A stretch of DNA of 63,694 bases, filler included, from Platydemus manokwari (lineage: Eukaryota), in assembly GCA_037951405.1 (NCBI GenBank). It is 6 parts of 6 records of this genome, joined end to end, with 100 filler letters (N's around TTAATTAATTAA, not from the genome) between each part and the next. Parts side by side here need not be neighbours in the genome. Positions count along the whole stretch, not along the records: positions 1 to 11,041 come from JBBMOY010953306.1; positions 11,142 to 20,322 come from JBBMOY011287095.1; 4 more parts are not named here. One strand, given 5' to 3'. This document shows positions 1-14,800 of this stretch, one piece after another. A program made the position numbers and the translations under genes. The first letter of the stretch is position 1. Each line of letters opens with the position of its first letter. Below the pieces are notes generated by a model. That model did not search any database, was not told where the DNA came from, and worked only from the letters and a program-made list of their open reading frames with translations.

Positions 1-329
1 TAGTAGTATTATTATTAACTAACATTATTACTTCTATTATTTATTTTTATCATCATTTAAAATTAAAAGTTGATTTTGCTAGAGATAATGTTTGATATCA
101 TACAAATTTATTCCATCGTTCAATAAAAAAAACTAAGTAACGTTACCCATATGAATATCTCATGCTGTGTCCTCATTTATTATATTTGTCCAGAAATTAT
201 AATTTATGTTCTTGTTTACAATTGAAAATTAGCAGATCCAATTTAATTAGAATAGCCGCAACAATTTATTGGTCACGTTCATTTCTTACTATAGAGATAT
301 CACCATAATCATTAATAAATATGTTTCAG

Positions 330-1032
330 TTGCAAATTTGGCTTACAAAAAAAGTGCTTGGATTAGTATGGACGGTGGCAAAATGCAAAAGCGACACATT
401 GGAATTTTACCATCGGAGAAACGAAACCAATTTTCCAAACATGCATCCAAAGCTGTAGATGGTCACACTCAGTGGCCAATGAACACTGAGCATCAACAAG
501 ACGGTACAAGTGTACGAATTGATCCTATAATGATTCGTAGACGACAAATGAAAACCTGTACAGTTCTCCAATATAAATCACCTTTCAATAATAACCCAAC
601 CTGGTTCGTCAATTTGGGAGAACAAACCACAATTAATGGAGTTGTCATTTACAATGGAAACGATGTTTTATTCGGTGATAAGTCAGAAGGTAAGATTGAA
701 AATTATTAACTGCTATCATTTAGAAAGTAGATGATAATTAATTTATTTATTATGTTTTAGATTCGTCAGATCGATACCAAGTAGAAAGTCTGGAAAAAAT
801 ATCAGTTTTTGTAGACCAATATAACTCTTTGGATTTGAATACTGGTCAACGAAAAAGTGACCATTTGTGCGGTCATGTCACAAAATTTAATAAAGCTTTA
901 TCAAGACCTAAACTTCACATAAGTTGTAGACAACCAATGGTGGGTCAATTTGTCTACATACAAGCATCTGGAGTCAGCAATCGCCGTAGAACGGAGTATA
1001 AAGCCATACTTTGTGAAGTTATGGTATATTGA
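330..1032 (+). CDS. F-type lectin (fucolectin/FTP, F5/8-like fold) domain protein, last two exons (330-689, 761-1032); 5' exon not identified
   Basis: Acceptor tttcag at 329 and GT-AG intron 690-760 join the two track ORFs in frame: VANLAYKKSAW...ASKAVDG...CTVL...PTWFVNLG...VVIYN...LCG...ISCRQPMVGQFVYIQ...LCEVMVY*. NLA/AVDG/WxVDLG/G+YV/LCEVxVY are FTP-fold hallmarks. Confidence 0.75.
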
Positions 1033-2249
1033 TTGTTCATGATTGAATTCATCATGATTACCTCTAAGTTGTGAGTTAAAGAAACATTTTATCTTAAGTT
1101 TTTAATTTTCATTCATACCATTGAATTGATGAAGGTCGTTTATGAATCTTCATAGATGTGTCATAATACCTGCATGTGTACATGAATTATCTTTGTTGAT
1201 TATATTTTGTATTTATCTGTTTTCTCAAATATGCCTGGAATAATAAATCGATTTTTCTATTATATTTTCGTATTATTATTATGTTCTCTATAAATCATTG
1301 AAACAAATTGTGTCTGTCATAATCCTAACTTTACAAAAAATAGATAAAGATTTTTAAAAAAATGTCGGTTAATTTTTGTTAATAATTTATGAGGGCCTGT
1401 TATTTTGATAATTGTGGTCATTCTTTATAGTGCCTTCAAGTAAAGAAATAAAGTAAAACTAACAACAGCAATATTATTAACTATGAAGTCAGGGCTTCAT
1501 AATCATAATTTAAATACAACATTCCAGTATATCCATGGCTATATTAGAAAAATTATAAGCACAGGGATGTGTAACAAAGCATTGATGCGATATTCATCTC
1601 AAATTTCATCAATTATTCAAATTAAGACTGAAGTACTCTTTTGGTTGTTTTAATGTTTAAAATCTACATTAATTTGATAAACCTCGATTCATCGAATTCC
1701 TTTGGTTTGGATAATTCTTCTAAATGATTATTTAGAATTAATCTTATATGTAAAACACTGTTTGATAAATGCTAAATATTAGACCTAGATTAACTCAAAT
1801 ATGCTACTGTACTTCACAATACATAATTGAATACAAACAACGATGTATTACACATTGAATACACTAGACAAGCATTTCAACATATAAAGTATGTAAAGGT
1901 ACTAAAAGATAAATTAATTATTTGTTTAATGAATCCAAATAAAAAGTCATTCAAAAGAAAAGGTGTAGATTTAAATTGTTGAATTTCAAAATTCATTTGA
2001 AATTGTTATTATTATATTGTTAGATACATAAATAATATATACATTAAAATATAAAACATGGGTGTAAAAAAATGAAATACAAAATTATGATTAATTAAAA
2101 TTTCAAAAACCCGTTACCATGTAGAGATTTAATTTTAAATTCCATGGCAACGCAAAAAATCACCATAGAGAAACAGAAATATAGAAAAAATTAGTCTTAC
2201 GCCCAAAAATCAGAAACCTATAAAAGCAAACAGATCAAATAAGAAAATG

Positions 2250-5200
2250 CACAAAAATCCAGGCATCGACATTAGACGTACGAAACCAGGCACAAGTTTC
2301 TCCCACCGGATTTACTAATTTTAAATTATCATTTGGATTATATCAATATGCCATTGTACCTGAATCAGTTAAATGTACGCATTCGACAGCAGAATCAGTT
2401 CAAGATATACATTCATTATTAACTTGGATTTTTCATTATTCAAACTTTACAACAATGGTATTTACTATTATTATTAATCATATCATTGATTTTTTTCATC
2501 AGTTTCCGACAGGAGATTATTTGAGAACTATTAATTACGCCATTCACAAAGTCTGAATAAAATTTATTGGAGTTTAAAAGTCAAAATCTTCCTTATTTTT
2601 TCAACATTTGCAGTAAAGTGCCCCTGGTTCTTTCAAGTGATTTATCATCTTCGGGACATCACAGCTTTCCCGATTTGAAACTTATACATTGCATATTTGT
2701 TAATTTTTATTATAATATCTTATTGCTATCAAAATTTGGTTATTATTACTATAATATGTATATTACATAACACGCAACCTATTATTTTGTCAGGAGCCAG
2801 ATATTTGGTGGAATCATCAAATATCTCTTCGAACTTATCATACTAATTTGCTGAATAGTTCATTGATAAAATATGTTGAATTATTTCTCATAATCACCAA
2901 ATCCCAAATTGAACTAGTGAAATTTCATCAATATAGCCCTTCAACTTTGCAAAGTGTTTTAGTGAAATGCTGATCAAAAATCACTTATTTGTACTGGTTC
3001 AGAAAGAGAAACACAGATGTGACACTTGTTCTTGACTGTAGGCATGATCTTTTCGACAATTCTGTTCACGGTCTGACAAATATATGTCATTAAATTTTAT
3101 TGGGCTTCAGTCACTATCTAATAAAGAAATTAAAAAAAACAAAGTAATTAAGGGATCCAGAAAATGGGGTTGCTAAAATTGACAGAAGATTATACCAATC
3201 ATTGGCCTAATACTTATTTTGGTATTTTTGAAGTGATTGTTTAAATTTTAAGAAAGAATAAATAAAATATTTGCTATAAATGAGGTCTCATTGTATTCCA
3301 GTCTTAAATAGAATTCTTTTTGGAAAATATGATCAGGAGTTTATACTAATCACTTAAACAATAATACCAGTTCAAAATACAGCTGAATTGGTTAAAAATA
3401 AACTTCTACAAGTGTTAATCGAAAAACATTTGTTTTTTAATAATAAATTCAAATATTTTTTCTCATCAGAGTTTGAATGCCATCCTAATTTTTAAAAACT
3501 TAAGTGAAATCTCATCACATAATTCTAATAAAAGACGGCATATAATTAAACCTCGTAAAATACGGAATTTATCATTTTCGAATTATTTCAAATTACTAAA
3601 ATAACTTGGTAAATTTATAAAAATACCTAAGTTTAACTTTTCAACCAATAGCAACATTTTATAGAAGCCATTTATAATGATAATAAATAAAAGATTTTAT
3701 TTGGTGTTTTTAAGTTTCAATGATGATTTATTAAAAAGTTTAAAGATAAAAATTAATCACTTTAATTATTTAGATATTTTCTTTATTTAAAGAAATACCA
3801 TTAATTCATTGTAAACTTTTATCTAATTGAAATAAATTAAAAATGAACATACTTTTTAAAATTTTTAAATTTAAGTTATTCAAAAGCACGAATAACAATT
3901 TCTGAGTAATGAATTCCAACATTTCAGAAAATTAGATTAAAACCTTCAATTTACTAATTTTATAAATGAAATATTTAAACAATAGGATTTTCAGAAATTA
4001 TTATTTACAATTAAAAAATATAATTTTTTTAAATTATGTCTGGTTAAAAATGCGTTGCTTGGAAAAGTTTTACTAATTAAATGTACAATAAAATATTTTG
4101 AAATATTATTAGGGTTGATAAAATTATTTTCTTCTGGAGTCTAAGCAACATAGCTGGTTGATTTATTTTACTTTAATCTTGAATTTAACGAGAACTGAAT
4201 TTCTGGAAACTAATTTATTTGTGCTTGGTTTTGATATTTATTATTTGTTCTTTCCGAAACACAATAGCAAGAGTTCGTTGGAATAATATTTTTATTCCGA
4301 CTAAATACAAAATTTAGAATACTTTTATAAATCTCTATAATGAAATCAAAAGTCATTTTAGACACAGACAAACTTTATTCAATATTTACCGCAGTTAAAA
4401 AGAAGTTGTTATCACTACCTACCTTAATTTGAAGTCTATAAAACATAAGTCTCTTCACACACGAAAATGCTGATAAGGTACGTGAACAATCCCAGTATAC
4501 TTGCTCCTGATAATCAATTTAAATAATTAATATGGTAATCCATCAAATAATAAAATTTATAAAATAATAGCATTCAAACATAATGATGAATTTCAGTCAC
4601 TCTTCACATAATTAAGCTCATTTTGACTTTAATCCTACTACAAGGCTAATTCCGAATGGCAGTGAGTACTTCAGTTAAAAATAAAGTTTCCTATTTATTT
4701 TTCAAATAAATAAATACTATAAACTGGTTAAGTGCAAATAACCTTATATTAACTATCACAATATACCTTTTACTGGTTCAGAAATAGATTTTTTTCAATA
4801 TAATTAGTCGATGATAGTAATGTTAACGCTGCTTATTAAAATTTCGCTTTGTAATATCTTCGGCCCAATAAACTTGCAAATTATCCTGCACAAAAATCGT
4901 TGTTAGAAGTGCATTTGTTAATATGGTCTGAAAGTCTTTCAAATTTGCTATGAAATTGTTTTTCCCTCCTTGGGTTTATTTGTTAATGTCCCTATGATTT
5001 CGTCAGGGTCTTTATAGTCACCATTTACAAGTAATTCCCTTTCCATGTAAAAAATTTTATTTTTATCTCACCAATTATTAAATTATTTTATTTTATCATG
5101 AAGAATACATCTCAAGGTCATCGTAATGACCTAATCTATTTATCTCTAAACGATGTTAACCCACGTTTATTTTATTTAATTAAATATAATGCTCATTTTT

Positions 5201-5330
5201 CTTCAAAGTTGTTCTAAGGTCGTATAAATGACCATTATAATTTCTTATTTTTATTAAAAGTTTTTTCCAGCTTATTTATAACTTTCATAAATTTATAAAC
5301 ATTATTTTATCAAATTTATGTAATGGGGAT
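2250..5330. mobile_element. Highly decayed LTR-retrotransposon (gypsy-like) integrase fragments
   Basis: Scattered stop-riddled peptides resembling integrase core and GPY/F motifs (minus strand DDSTKYLAP near 2800, KFIGP near 4870). No intact ORF; boundaries approximate. Confidence 0.35.
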
Positions 5331-5409
5331 CCTTTGATCTACTTTCGTATTGATGATAATTTATAACTTAATTTTATATATAATTGCGATATTTGATTTA
5401 TTCATATAA

Positions 5410-5860
5410 TGTAATTAATATCTCACTTTTTAGGATGTCTAATAGTGACAAAACATAGTTTTTTAATTAAGTTCCTGTTTTAATTACAGGACTTATATAT
5501 GATTATTTGAGTTTTTAAATTTAAATTTTTAGTTAACAGGCATGTTTAATGATATCATTGCCTATTTTTATAAAATAATAAAAGAATTTCTCTTAATTTC
5601 CTTCTAATATTAAAAAGGGTCCCTCGCAAATTTTCAATAAATTGCAACCTACTTGCGACCTATTTTGACTGAATTTTCAAGTAATCAAATTTTAGGAGAT
5701 TTTGAACATTTGATTTCAAACAACTAAAATTCTTCTTAACTACTTAAATAAAAAATTCAAAATGTTTTTAAAGAATATAATTAAATAAACTATATGGATT
5801 TTTGCAATACATTCAACAAATTAAAAATTTTATTTTAGTTCCTCTTTTTCTTAACTTTAA
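5410..5860 (+). repeat. Dispersed AT-rich repeat family, copy 1 (other copies ~23940-24200 and ~29460-29830)
   Basis: Shared block aaaatgtttttaaagaatataattaaataaactatatggatttttgc (~5760) recurs nearly identically at ~24127 and more diverged at ~29740; tcactttttagga at ~5423 and ~29473. Confidence 0.7.
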
Positions 5861-7060
5861 GCAAAACTTCTTATCACGATGAATTTACTTTTACGTATAT
5901 TTGGTAACATTGCTAGAATTTTATTAAGGAAAAATATATAAAATTCATATAACTCACTTCTTCATTAAATAATTTTCATTATATTTATTAATTAAGGAAG
6001 TTTATGATTAGCTTGATAAGAAGAAACCAATTTATAATAAAAAATATTAAAGACAGAAGAATCCAGATATTTTTGCAATATTTTTTGAAATTCATCATTT
6101 ATACATTGATATATAAATGTTATACATTATAAATTTATATATAACTATATTACATTATACTTTTATATAACTATAGTACATGGAACACCAGAAATTGATT
6201 GCCAAATTATATATATATCATTTTAATTTTACTCATATTTGTCAGAACCCCAACAATTTTATGAAGGAACATCTAAGAATTAATAATTTTAATATAATTA
6301 ATTTAGGGAATTAATAAACCCAATAAAATAATAAACGAAATAAAAAATCAGTTAATGAAATTTCGAAATTAAGTTTTAGGATGAGGATTTGGATTTGTGT
6401 AAGTCATGAATTTAGATCTGAAAAATTCAGCTGTCAATTTAGATTTTTATCAAGCTTTATTTTATCGTCCTATTAAAATTTGTAGACTCATTTACACCTG
6501 CAGTCTCTAATAAGAAAAATAGAATAGTCGGCGAAACTCATTATAAAGATATTTCCCATAATGGAAACCCCATGAAATTAGAAACATAATATGAAAAAAT
6601 AGTAGCAGAACACGATCAATAATAGACCAAATATATTATTTTAATAATTAAAATATAAATTGATAATAAAATACCAGTAAATGTTAGCGAAAATAATCAA
6701 TAAATTCCATTAAAAAATGCGATATTTTATCGGGAGAAAATCAAAATGAAATATTTGTCCATCTATTTAGTAAAATTGGTTGTAATTGGATCACTACTGA
6801 CTTTAAAAAATAAAATGTTTGGTTTACTGCGCAGTTGTGCAAGCAAATCAATATTAATACCGAATATAATGTTGGGATCCAATTACGCCCACAGATTAAC
6901 TTAAATAACCTACACATCTACAAGAAATAATATAATCAAAAATAACCGAAAATTCTAAAAATAAACATGGCGTAATTCCTAAATTAGAAACACACTTTAA
7001 TATGAAATTTTAAAATCACATAACTAGAAATAAATATACAAGTAGCTAAAAATAGAATTA

Positions 7061-8550
7061 TGTCATAACAAAAATGGAAAATTCATGATTGACTGAGAGA
7101 ACGACAAAATACAGTATATAAAGCTAACAAATTTTAGAACAAATCGCCATAACAATACAAGGCAAGCTAGTTGCAATAGAGTGAAATAGGAACTAATTGT
7201 TAGAATAGCCATCCTTCAGCCAGAAGTTACAAACAAGAGTATCCTTAGTCAGCACGATAGAGTAACGACGCAACAGGAACCGACAGAAACTAACATATCA
7301 GTCGATTTATTGACAGTTTAGGTATAAATCGCATTGCTAACTGTTTCATATCGTGTCACAAGATTCTATGTTAAGTAATCAATCCTTCGTTTTTCTCCTA
7401 TCTTTTCAGAGTTTTTATCCGTTGAACCGTTCACCAGTATCGTGGATTAAGCGGGTCAACACTTCGCCAGCTCCATGTTCACGCAATTATATTAATCACC
7501 TCTGTTAATTACTGATTGTATTTGTTTTGATTATTAATTATACCTTTCAGTATATTCACGTTATTGTAATTTATTATATTATTACCTATAATTAAATCGC
7601 AACCTACATTACGTCACTCGAAACACAACAGATTTTTTGTAGTCCCATATGTAAAAACAACGAGCAACTCAACAACCAGACACAGCTCACTCAAATAAAA
7701 TCCAAAATCCAAGCCGAGGTGGTGAGTGAAGTAGAAAATCTATCAGATCACGGAGAAATTCAGAAGATTCGGGTACCACATCGAAGAGGATTGGGTACAA
7801 AAAACCTAAAAAGGTGGCAACAAGATAATTATTACGAGAGACAACCACCATACCACAAGGTGAATAACTTCGAAAAAGAATAGAGGGCATTAGGAGAAAC
7901 GAAAATCACAAAGATACCGATGACGTCATACAATGGAGACCACTCTTATTTGCACGAATTCATGGGGAACTATTACCAACTGTCAGAGGCTTACAAAGTC
8001 CATGAACTATGCATGATCAAGATATTGTCAATATATTTAACCGAAATGGCAAGAGAAAATTACCACACCGCTCTCATGACGATGCGTAACAATACTTGAC
8101 TATCATTCAGGACAGCCTTTGGAAAGGAAGTCTTACTCGCAGAAACCGGTTTATTATTCCGGAAAAAATATAGGGAAAGAAAGCAGTTGTCAGGCGAGCT
8201 TGCCGGCGAATTTACACACCACTTAGCTATCTTGACCGAGCGACCCTATGGACCCAGAGAGGAATGGCCTCCCAACACGGAAAATGATTTAAAGGACACA
8301 CTCTTTGAAGGATTCCTCCCACCGATCCGAGCAGCACTCAGCCTGCACATGGGAGATGATTTTGACGAGCTGGTACGAAAAGCTGGTCAACAAGGAATCA
8401 GTATATGTCGTAACTGAACAAAAAGAATCATACAGATCCCTGAATCAAGGACAGAGTTACTAAAGAAACAACCTAGGCAAACCAAACCTGAGTTGCTTCA
8501 AATGTGGATGGCAAGGTCGCGGATTGAAAAACTGCCCAGTACAAACTAAT
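7061..8550 (+). mobile_element. Ty3/gypsy LTR retrotransposon remnant: LTR-like segment plus disrupted gag
   Basis: ~7909-8417 reads KIPMTSYNGDHSYLHEF...YLTEMARENY...*LSFRTAF...RERKQLSGELAGEFTHHLAILTERPY...LFEGFLPPIR (Retrotrans_gag-like pattern). A degenerate zinc knuckle CFKCGWQGRGLKNCP follows at ~8495-8540. TG..CA-bounded segment at 7061-7360. Confidence 0.7.
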
Positions 8551-11041
8551 GAAATGCAAGATTTGGAAAGAAATAGTTATAAAAATTTATACAATGCTCT
8601 ACATAATTTCTCAGTGTGAATTAATTGTTGGACCGATATCCCAACCGGTCTAAAATTGTGAAAAAGGATTACTTAAATCAAACGTGATAAAGGTTATGAA
8701 GTCTATCTTATCATCTTTACAATTTTAAACTCATTATTTGTTTATATTTTCTTAGCAACTAATATTTACATCTTTCTAATTGAATTAAATCGCGATCTTT
8801 GAGCTTTGTAGGCTGTGAAGATACAATGCCACATAAAATTCATAATAAAATAATTGATAAAATATTAAATCATGAAAGAAATTTTTAAAAATAAATCAAG
8901 TTTCACTTAAATAAATCAAAATAATTTTTAAGCAATGAAAGAACCCTCAGACAATAAAATGTTCTAAATGAAAAACAAAGACCATTAAGAGGCATAACAA
9001 AGTTAAATGCAATTAAACAAATCATAAAGAACAAAGATATTTTGACCGCAATAGGAGAACAATTAACGTTGCCATAACCGGAAAAAGAATGGGCAATACT
9101 ATAAATATCGGCTTTAACAAATTTATTTTCACAAAATTATTACGGTATTAGCGAGAATTGATTGAAATTCTTTCTCTTGTTTGAACACAGATTTTTTTGT
9201 ATTCGTTCACTTATAGTGCCCCCTATTTACATTAATTGGAGATCAATAGTTTTAATAGATCATTTTGGGATTTATAAATAAAATTTCTGTTACTTCGGGA
9301 TTTGCATCTAATATACCAGTGAAAATCAACGCGGAGGAAGATTTTTCTTGAAATCCTATCAGAAATTTCATTTGTAATTTCTGAATCCAAGGTAGCGTAC
9401 ATGGTCTAATTAAAAAAATAAAACTATTGAAATCATCATCTTTCCTTGAATCAATTTATTGGCCCGACAACTTGGCCTTCCCACTTGAGATATAAGTTAG
9501 TGCACATTTGCATTTAAATTCATTTCCGATTTATTTATTACGTTATGGTCATCTACTACAATATAAATATCGCATTGTTTTATTATACTTATAATAAATA
9601 TTCTAGATTAATTCCGGTTGTAGCTGCGTTCTATTTGTGTGAAGGAAGACCAGTTAAAGAATACTTTTTATCGATATACACTTGTAACTTTTTGAGGTCA
9701 CTGCTTTTATTCTTTTTATAATTATTTCACTTGATCTATATTTACGTCTTTATAAGTACTCTGAGCCCGTTTCTCCCCTCAGGTAGTTATTTGACCTATA
9801 TTATTTGATTTTGTTTCGCCTCGACGTTCTCAACTTATATGAAGATAAGTGGAACGGCGTAGAATCGATTTGAGTTTAACTCTATTTTTACCTCTATTAT
9901 TGTCTTTTTACAATCCTCTTTATCAGTCCCGATTTTATCAGCAAAAGCTTTTTCCTAAAATTGGTGGTAAATGTCACTGAAATTTATGTATAATGAAATT
10001 GTGATATCTTGTGCCAACTCGATTTTATGCTACAATTATTTATTATGGGTAACAATATGCACCGAATTATACGTATATGATAATTATTATAAATTACCAC
10101 GTTATACAGCAAATTATATGTTCACAACAATTAAATAAAATAAATTATAAATTACTACTTTTATACGTTAATTTTAAACACTACTTTTACACAGTTAAAC
10201 GATGGGATAACTATTCAATGTGCAGTTTAGGGTAGAAGATCGTGGACCAACAAGACCCTTCGTAATATTAGGTAGGTGTCTGTTTACAAGAGTTTTTTCC
10301 GATCTCGGCTCTATAAATAGGGAGAATATGCGATTTATATAATTTAATATTGATTTTATACGAACGAAAATTAAATACTTTTATACACCAAGATCATGCA
10401 TGCAAAAAATTGTCATATTGAACGTTAATTTTCCCAGAACCCTAAGACACTTTTTATATAGATATGAATTGTAGTTAATGGAATATATTTGATGTTATCC
10501 CAAAGTAACACAGACTCTACTATTTGAAATAGATTTACTCTTTTTAGTACACATCATTTCATACGAGTTTCACTCAGTCCCCTCCATCCATCATACCTTA
10601 ACGAAATTCCAAAATTATTTAGTATATTAATTCACCCAGATTATTTTGGTCTTAGAATTCATTTTGAGGTACTCTACGAACTATAAGAGAAATTTGAAAT
10701 AGTTAATGTATGTAAACACAAATGTGAAAACAAAAATTCTTGAAAATCTTAAAAACATTTAAATATTTTTGAGTAAGTGACCAAATGAAAATAAGTAAGT
10801 ATTTTCAAATTATATGCATGAACTGTCTTAATATTTATGTAAAATTTAATGGAAAGAGACTATAACAAAGTAGACTCTAAAAATTTATATTCGCTGAAAT
10901 TAATGTAAATATAATTTAAATTACCTCATAAAAATTACCATAGAACTAATTTATTCTAAAGTTTCTCATTTACAATATATTTACCACACTAAATAATAGT
11001 GCAGTGAAATTTAACATAAATAAGTTTTATTATTAGCAATA

Positions 11042-11141
11042 NNNNNNNNNNNNNNNNNNNNNNNNNNNNNNNNNNNNNNNNNNNNTTAATTAATTAANNN
11101 NNNNNNNNNNNNNNNNNNNNNNNNNNNNNNNNNNNNNNNNN
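11042..11141. other. Artificial contig-joining linker
   Basis: N44-TTAATTAATTAA-N44 (stop codons in all six frames), identical at five places. Confidence 0.97.
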
Positions 11142-13899
11142 TGTGCAATTCGTACCAAAATTTAAATATAAAAATCAAATAATCATCTATTTGTAAGATC
11201 ACACATTAAAATTATATAATCAAGTGGATCACAGAGTCAGTGTCAAGCATTAATATGAAAATATCGATATCGAAGAATTTTTTAATTTATTACAGTTTGC
11301 ATAGTCAGGACCGAGATGATTGGCTATTTTTGAAAACCAATTTTGTGGATTGCGAAACGTTTATGGTGGTTTTCGGGATATTAATTATGTCCCCTTCCAA
11401 ACACTGCCCATAATAATCAATAGGATAAATATGGATTTGGTTTTAATTAATTTATAGTTGGTATTAAGAATTTCAATATATTAATGTAAATATATTTAAT
11501 ATATTAAAATATAGTGCTAATAAAATAAGTTTTTAAAATTATAAATAAAACTATTTATAATTAGATTTTTTGGATTACTTTCGAATAAATTTTTAGAAAA
11601 GATCAACGACAGCGCAACTTATAACCAGGTAATTAATTCCAAGCCTATGTTATGAATTTCCTTATTAGCAGTTTCACTTAAAATATCTGCAAGGTCACTC
11701 TCATATCCAGTATAAATTCAGATTTGAGAATATGGCAAATAATTTCAATAACATTTAACTTTGTACTATAAATCTTACAATCTTTGAATGAAAATTAAAA
11801 TTATCTTTTGTTCGATAATAGCACAAATAAAATTAATTCTAAATATCTTGCAATTGAGCTGGAAAATTTAAGATTTTGAATCAATATAAATTAATTTTCA
11901 AAAATTTAATTCTTTCACACGATATCTCAATTCGTTAATTAAGGAATATAAACAACTTTTATTATTAATATTTTTTAAAGTAATTTTATAGATAGGAAAT
12001 TTACAATATACAATTTAATGAATTTTTCATTTTTAAAAAAAGTTATGATTATTAAATATTTAATCTACCTAATTGTCATCAATAGAAGAACAATTTTAAT
12101 ATACTTTTATGCAAGCCAGCTTTATATGTGAAAATTGTTAACTTCATTTAAACGATAAGACGTTAATTGATAACTGACAACTCAAATATGTAATTCTAGT
12201 CTTCAGAAATTAATGTTATAAATTACATTTTAACGACTCTTGCGTTCTAGTTTTTAATTCTGACCCGAATCGTATTAAATCTTGATAACCGAATGATAAC
12301 ATATGCCAATATTTAAAATAAAGAACTCTTTTAATTTACGTCAATGGCTCAATTTTACAAACAACAATATTATCATTGATGAAGTGTATAATTGATTTTA
12401 AAAAGTTTGATGAGTTCCTGTAAGATGTGCTTGTAGTATATTGCATCTTGCCATGAAATTACACTACTGTTACTTACCATACATTTGGGTATTCCAGTTG
12501 ATATTTAAATAAAAACCTTTGGAGATATTTCTTTTCACATAACTTCGAATCCACGGGAATAAAGAAAATTGTTTTTTTCCAAAAGACTATACTGAGAGTT
12601 AGTTATTTCGGAAATGTATTATTATAAAAATCAAGATAAAAAATTTTAATTGTACCATGATCTAATTTCTAATAATTTTGAATTAGAGAATCATGTCTTA
12701 CTACAATATTAATTACAAGCATTTTTGGGTAATGACGTTTATCAATCGTAAAATTATCTCAATAGCAGAATATACTTATATAAAATGTCAATGTCTAATG
12801 TCGAGAAAAGAATGAAATATCTCACGTCTATAAATAATTTGATTTATCAGATTGTTGAAGATTTAGAATGAATCGTTTCCTATTTACACTGATTAATTTC
12901 AAATGGGTGTCATAAAATGAAACTTGTTGTGGTTTTATCTAACATAATATGGGCACTTGTATACCCTACAAATATGTTTTTTTTTTATTTTTGTATTTTT
13001 TTACTATCAGAAAATATGAAAAACAAATCATAATTTCCATAATGGCGAATAACAGTTCAAGAAATGCAAATGTTCATGAAATACTTAACGAACTCAGAGA
13101 ATATTGAAACAAAAATATATAGATATCATTAAAGAGGAATATCACTATAATACCCAATAAATGAAAGATAATATAGAGTTCATTATATAAATTTAATCAT
13201 GCTTATGGACTCTAAAGGGTGGAGCAGCTGTAATTGAAAATCAAAAAACAATTGTTAATATAACAAACGGAAGTTCGACTCAAAAATTTTGAATGAAAAA
13301 GATTTACAACACTCCTATATCGATAAAAGAATAAAGAATCTCAGTTTGTTTCACAAAGGATACTGATTTGAAAATAATATTTCACAAAATTAACTTTTAC
13401 AGAAGAATTCAATGTTCCACGTGACACAAAAATTTCAATTCATTTTGAAATTGAAAAAATCAATATTGTGGCTTGTGATTTCGATATTTAATAAATTAAT
13501 TTGTTATCAGCTATTTTTGATAATTAAATAGGACGCTTCGAATGATTTTGATTGATTTTCCAATATCCCTAACTAACTTATCTACTAATTTCAGACAATG
13601 GAAATTATAATTTCTCTTTCCATGGTTAATGTAGTGAAAATAAAATAAAATTTCTGAAATTATAAAATTCCAATAAAATATTTTTAATTAATTAATTTTT
13701 GGTTTTATTTTTAATAATTTATCGATATAAAACATTTGTAAAAAGAAATAAAAATTCATTTAAACAATCCATTTACGCTTTTCAGAATGTCAATAACTCA
13801 GCTCATCTTTAATCAAATTACAAATCAATATTTTCGAATTTCGCAAGCTAAATTTTTGATTTTATAATTGGTAAAATAATAAATCTTACAAGCCTTTCT

Positions 13900-14800
13900 T
13901 CTCTCTATTCTTTTTCAGTCGTTCATAATCACCCAACTCCTCCGAACTGGCATCATCCGCACTTAATTGTGCTTTTTGCACAACCTGCACAAATCAGTAG
14001 TTCCTGTTACGATCAAGAATCGATTAAACCTTTCTACTGGACATATTATACATTCCATTAGCTTTTACATCCGCTCTTGATCCTGCACTTTTACTTCTTT
14101 GTAATGGCTTAGAGAATATTTTATCCCAACCATAACTTCGCTTTTCAGTGTCAAGTCTAACAATCGACTGACATTTAAATTCTCTTCATAATTACAAATT
14201 CTTACTTGACTGTGGGTGACAGACATTGATTTTCTGAATAACTTGCACATCCTTGCTTCATACAGTCTAAATCATTTCCTACCTTAGTATGATCCGTTTG
14301 ATCAGAAATTTCTCCGCCATCAGGTGGTGTTATGAGAAACGTTGGACTTCTGTTATTCATTGCGTAAAGTATAAAATCACGTGGATACAGGAACTGACCT
14401 CTAACAGATGGTCAAGATACATTTAAATCAATCACAAATTTTTTGCAGTTTAATATTGCGCAAATTATTTCCTTGATCCACTCTTGAATGATGCGTTCAG
14501 CATTCGCATCAAGCATATAAACTTAGCGCATTATGCTACCTGTCTCAAGCATGAGTAAATTTGTTTCTTCTAATTTTGTTTTCTGCTCTGCACTTGTGTG
14601 CCGTGCTTCAACTGGCTCACTGTCTTTACATTCCTTCTCTCCTGTCATTTGTTACACACATTCAATGTTTACACACCATTACTTGCTCTTACTCATATTA
14701 AAATCAATAGTGGCATCTTGCAGAAGGCATTTTGTAGAAAGTACAGACACAGTTCTTACATATCATCAGAAATATTATTTTATTGATCTATTGGTGATAA
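13900..14800 (-). pseudogene. Decayed protein-coding segment of unknown family
   Basis: GC-richer than the flanks. One minus-strand frame runs ~180 codons with only four stops (VRTVSVLSTKCLLQDATIDF...DANAERIIQEWIKEIICAILNCKKF...GQFLYPRDFILYAM...), then frameshifts into ORF 14065-14250. Confidence 0.45.

Noticed and set aside
7061-7360. Solo LTR
   Set aside because: TG..CA ends are present but no matching target-site duplication; kept only as part of the gypsy remnant.
11086-11097. TTAATTAATTAA palindrome repeated five times
   Set aside because: Always centred in N44 runs; an assembly or concatenation linker.
13900-14800. Possible alternative genetic code suggested by in-frame stops
   Set aside because: Intact genes in the window end with TAA, TAG and TGA and use TGG for Trp; the stops in decayed ORFs are mixed and come with frameshifts.
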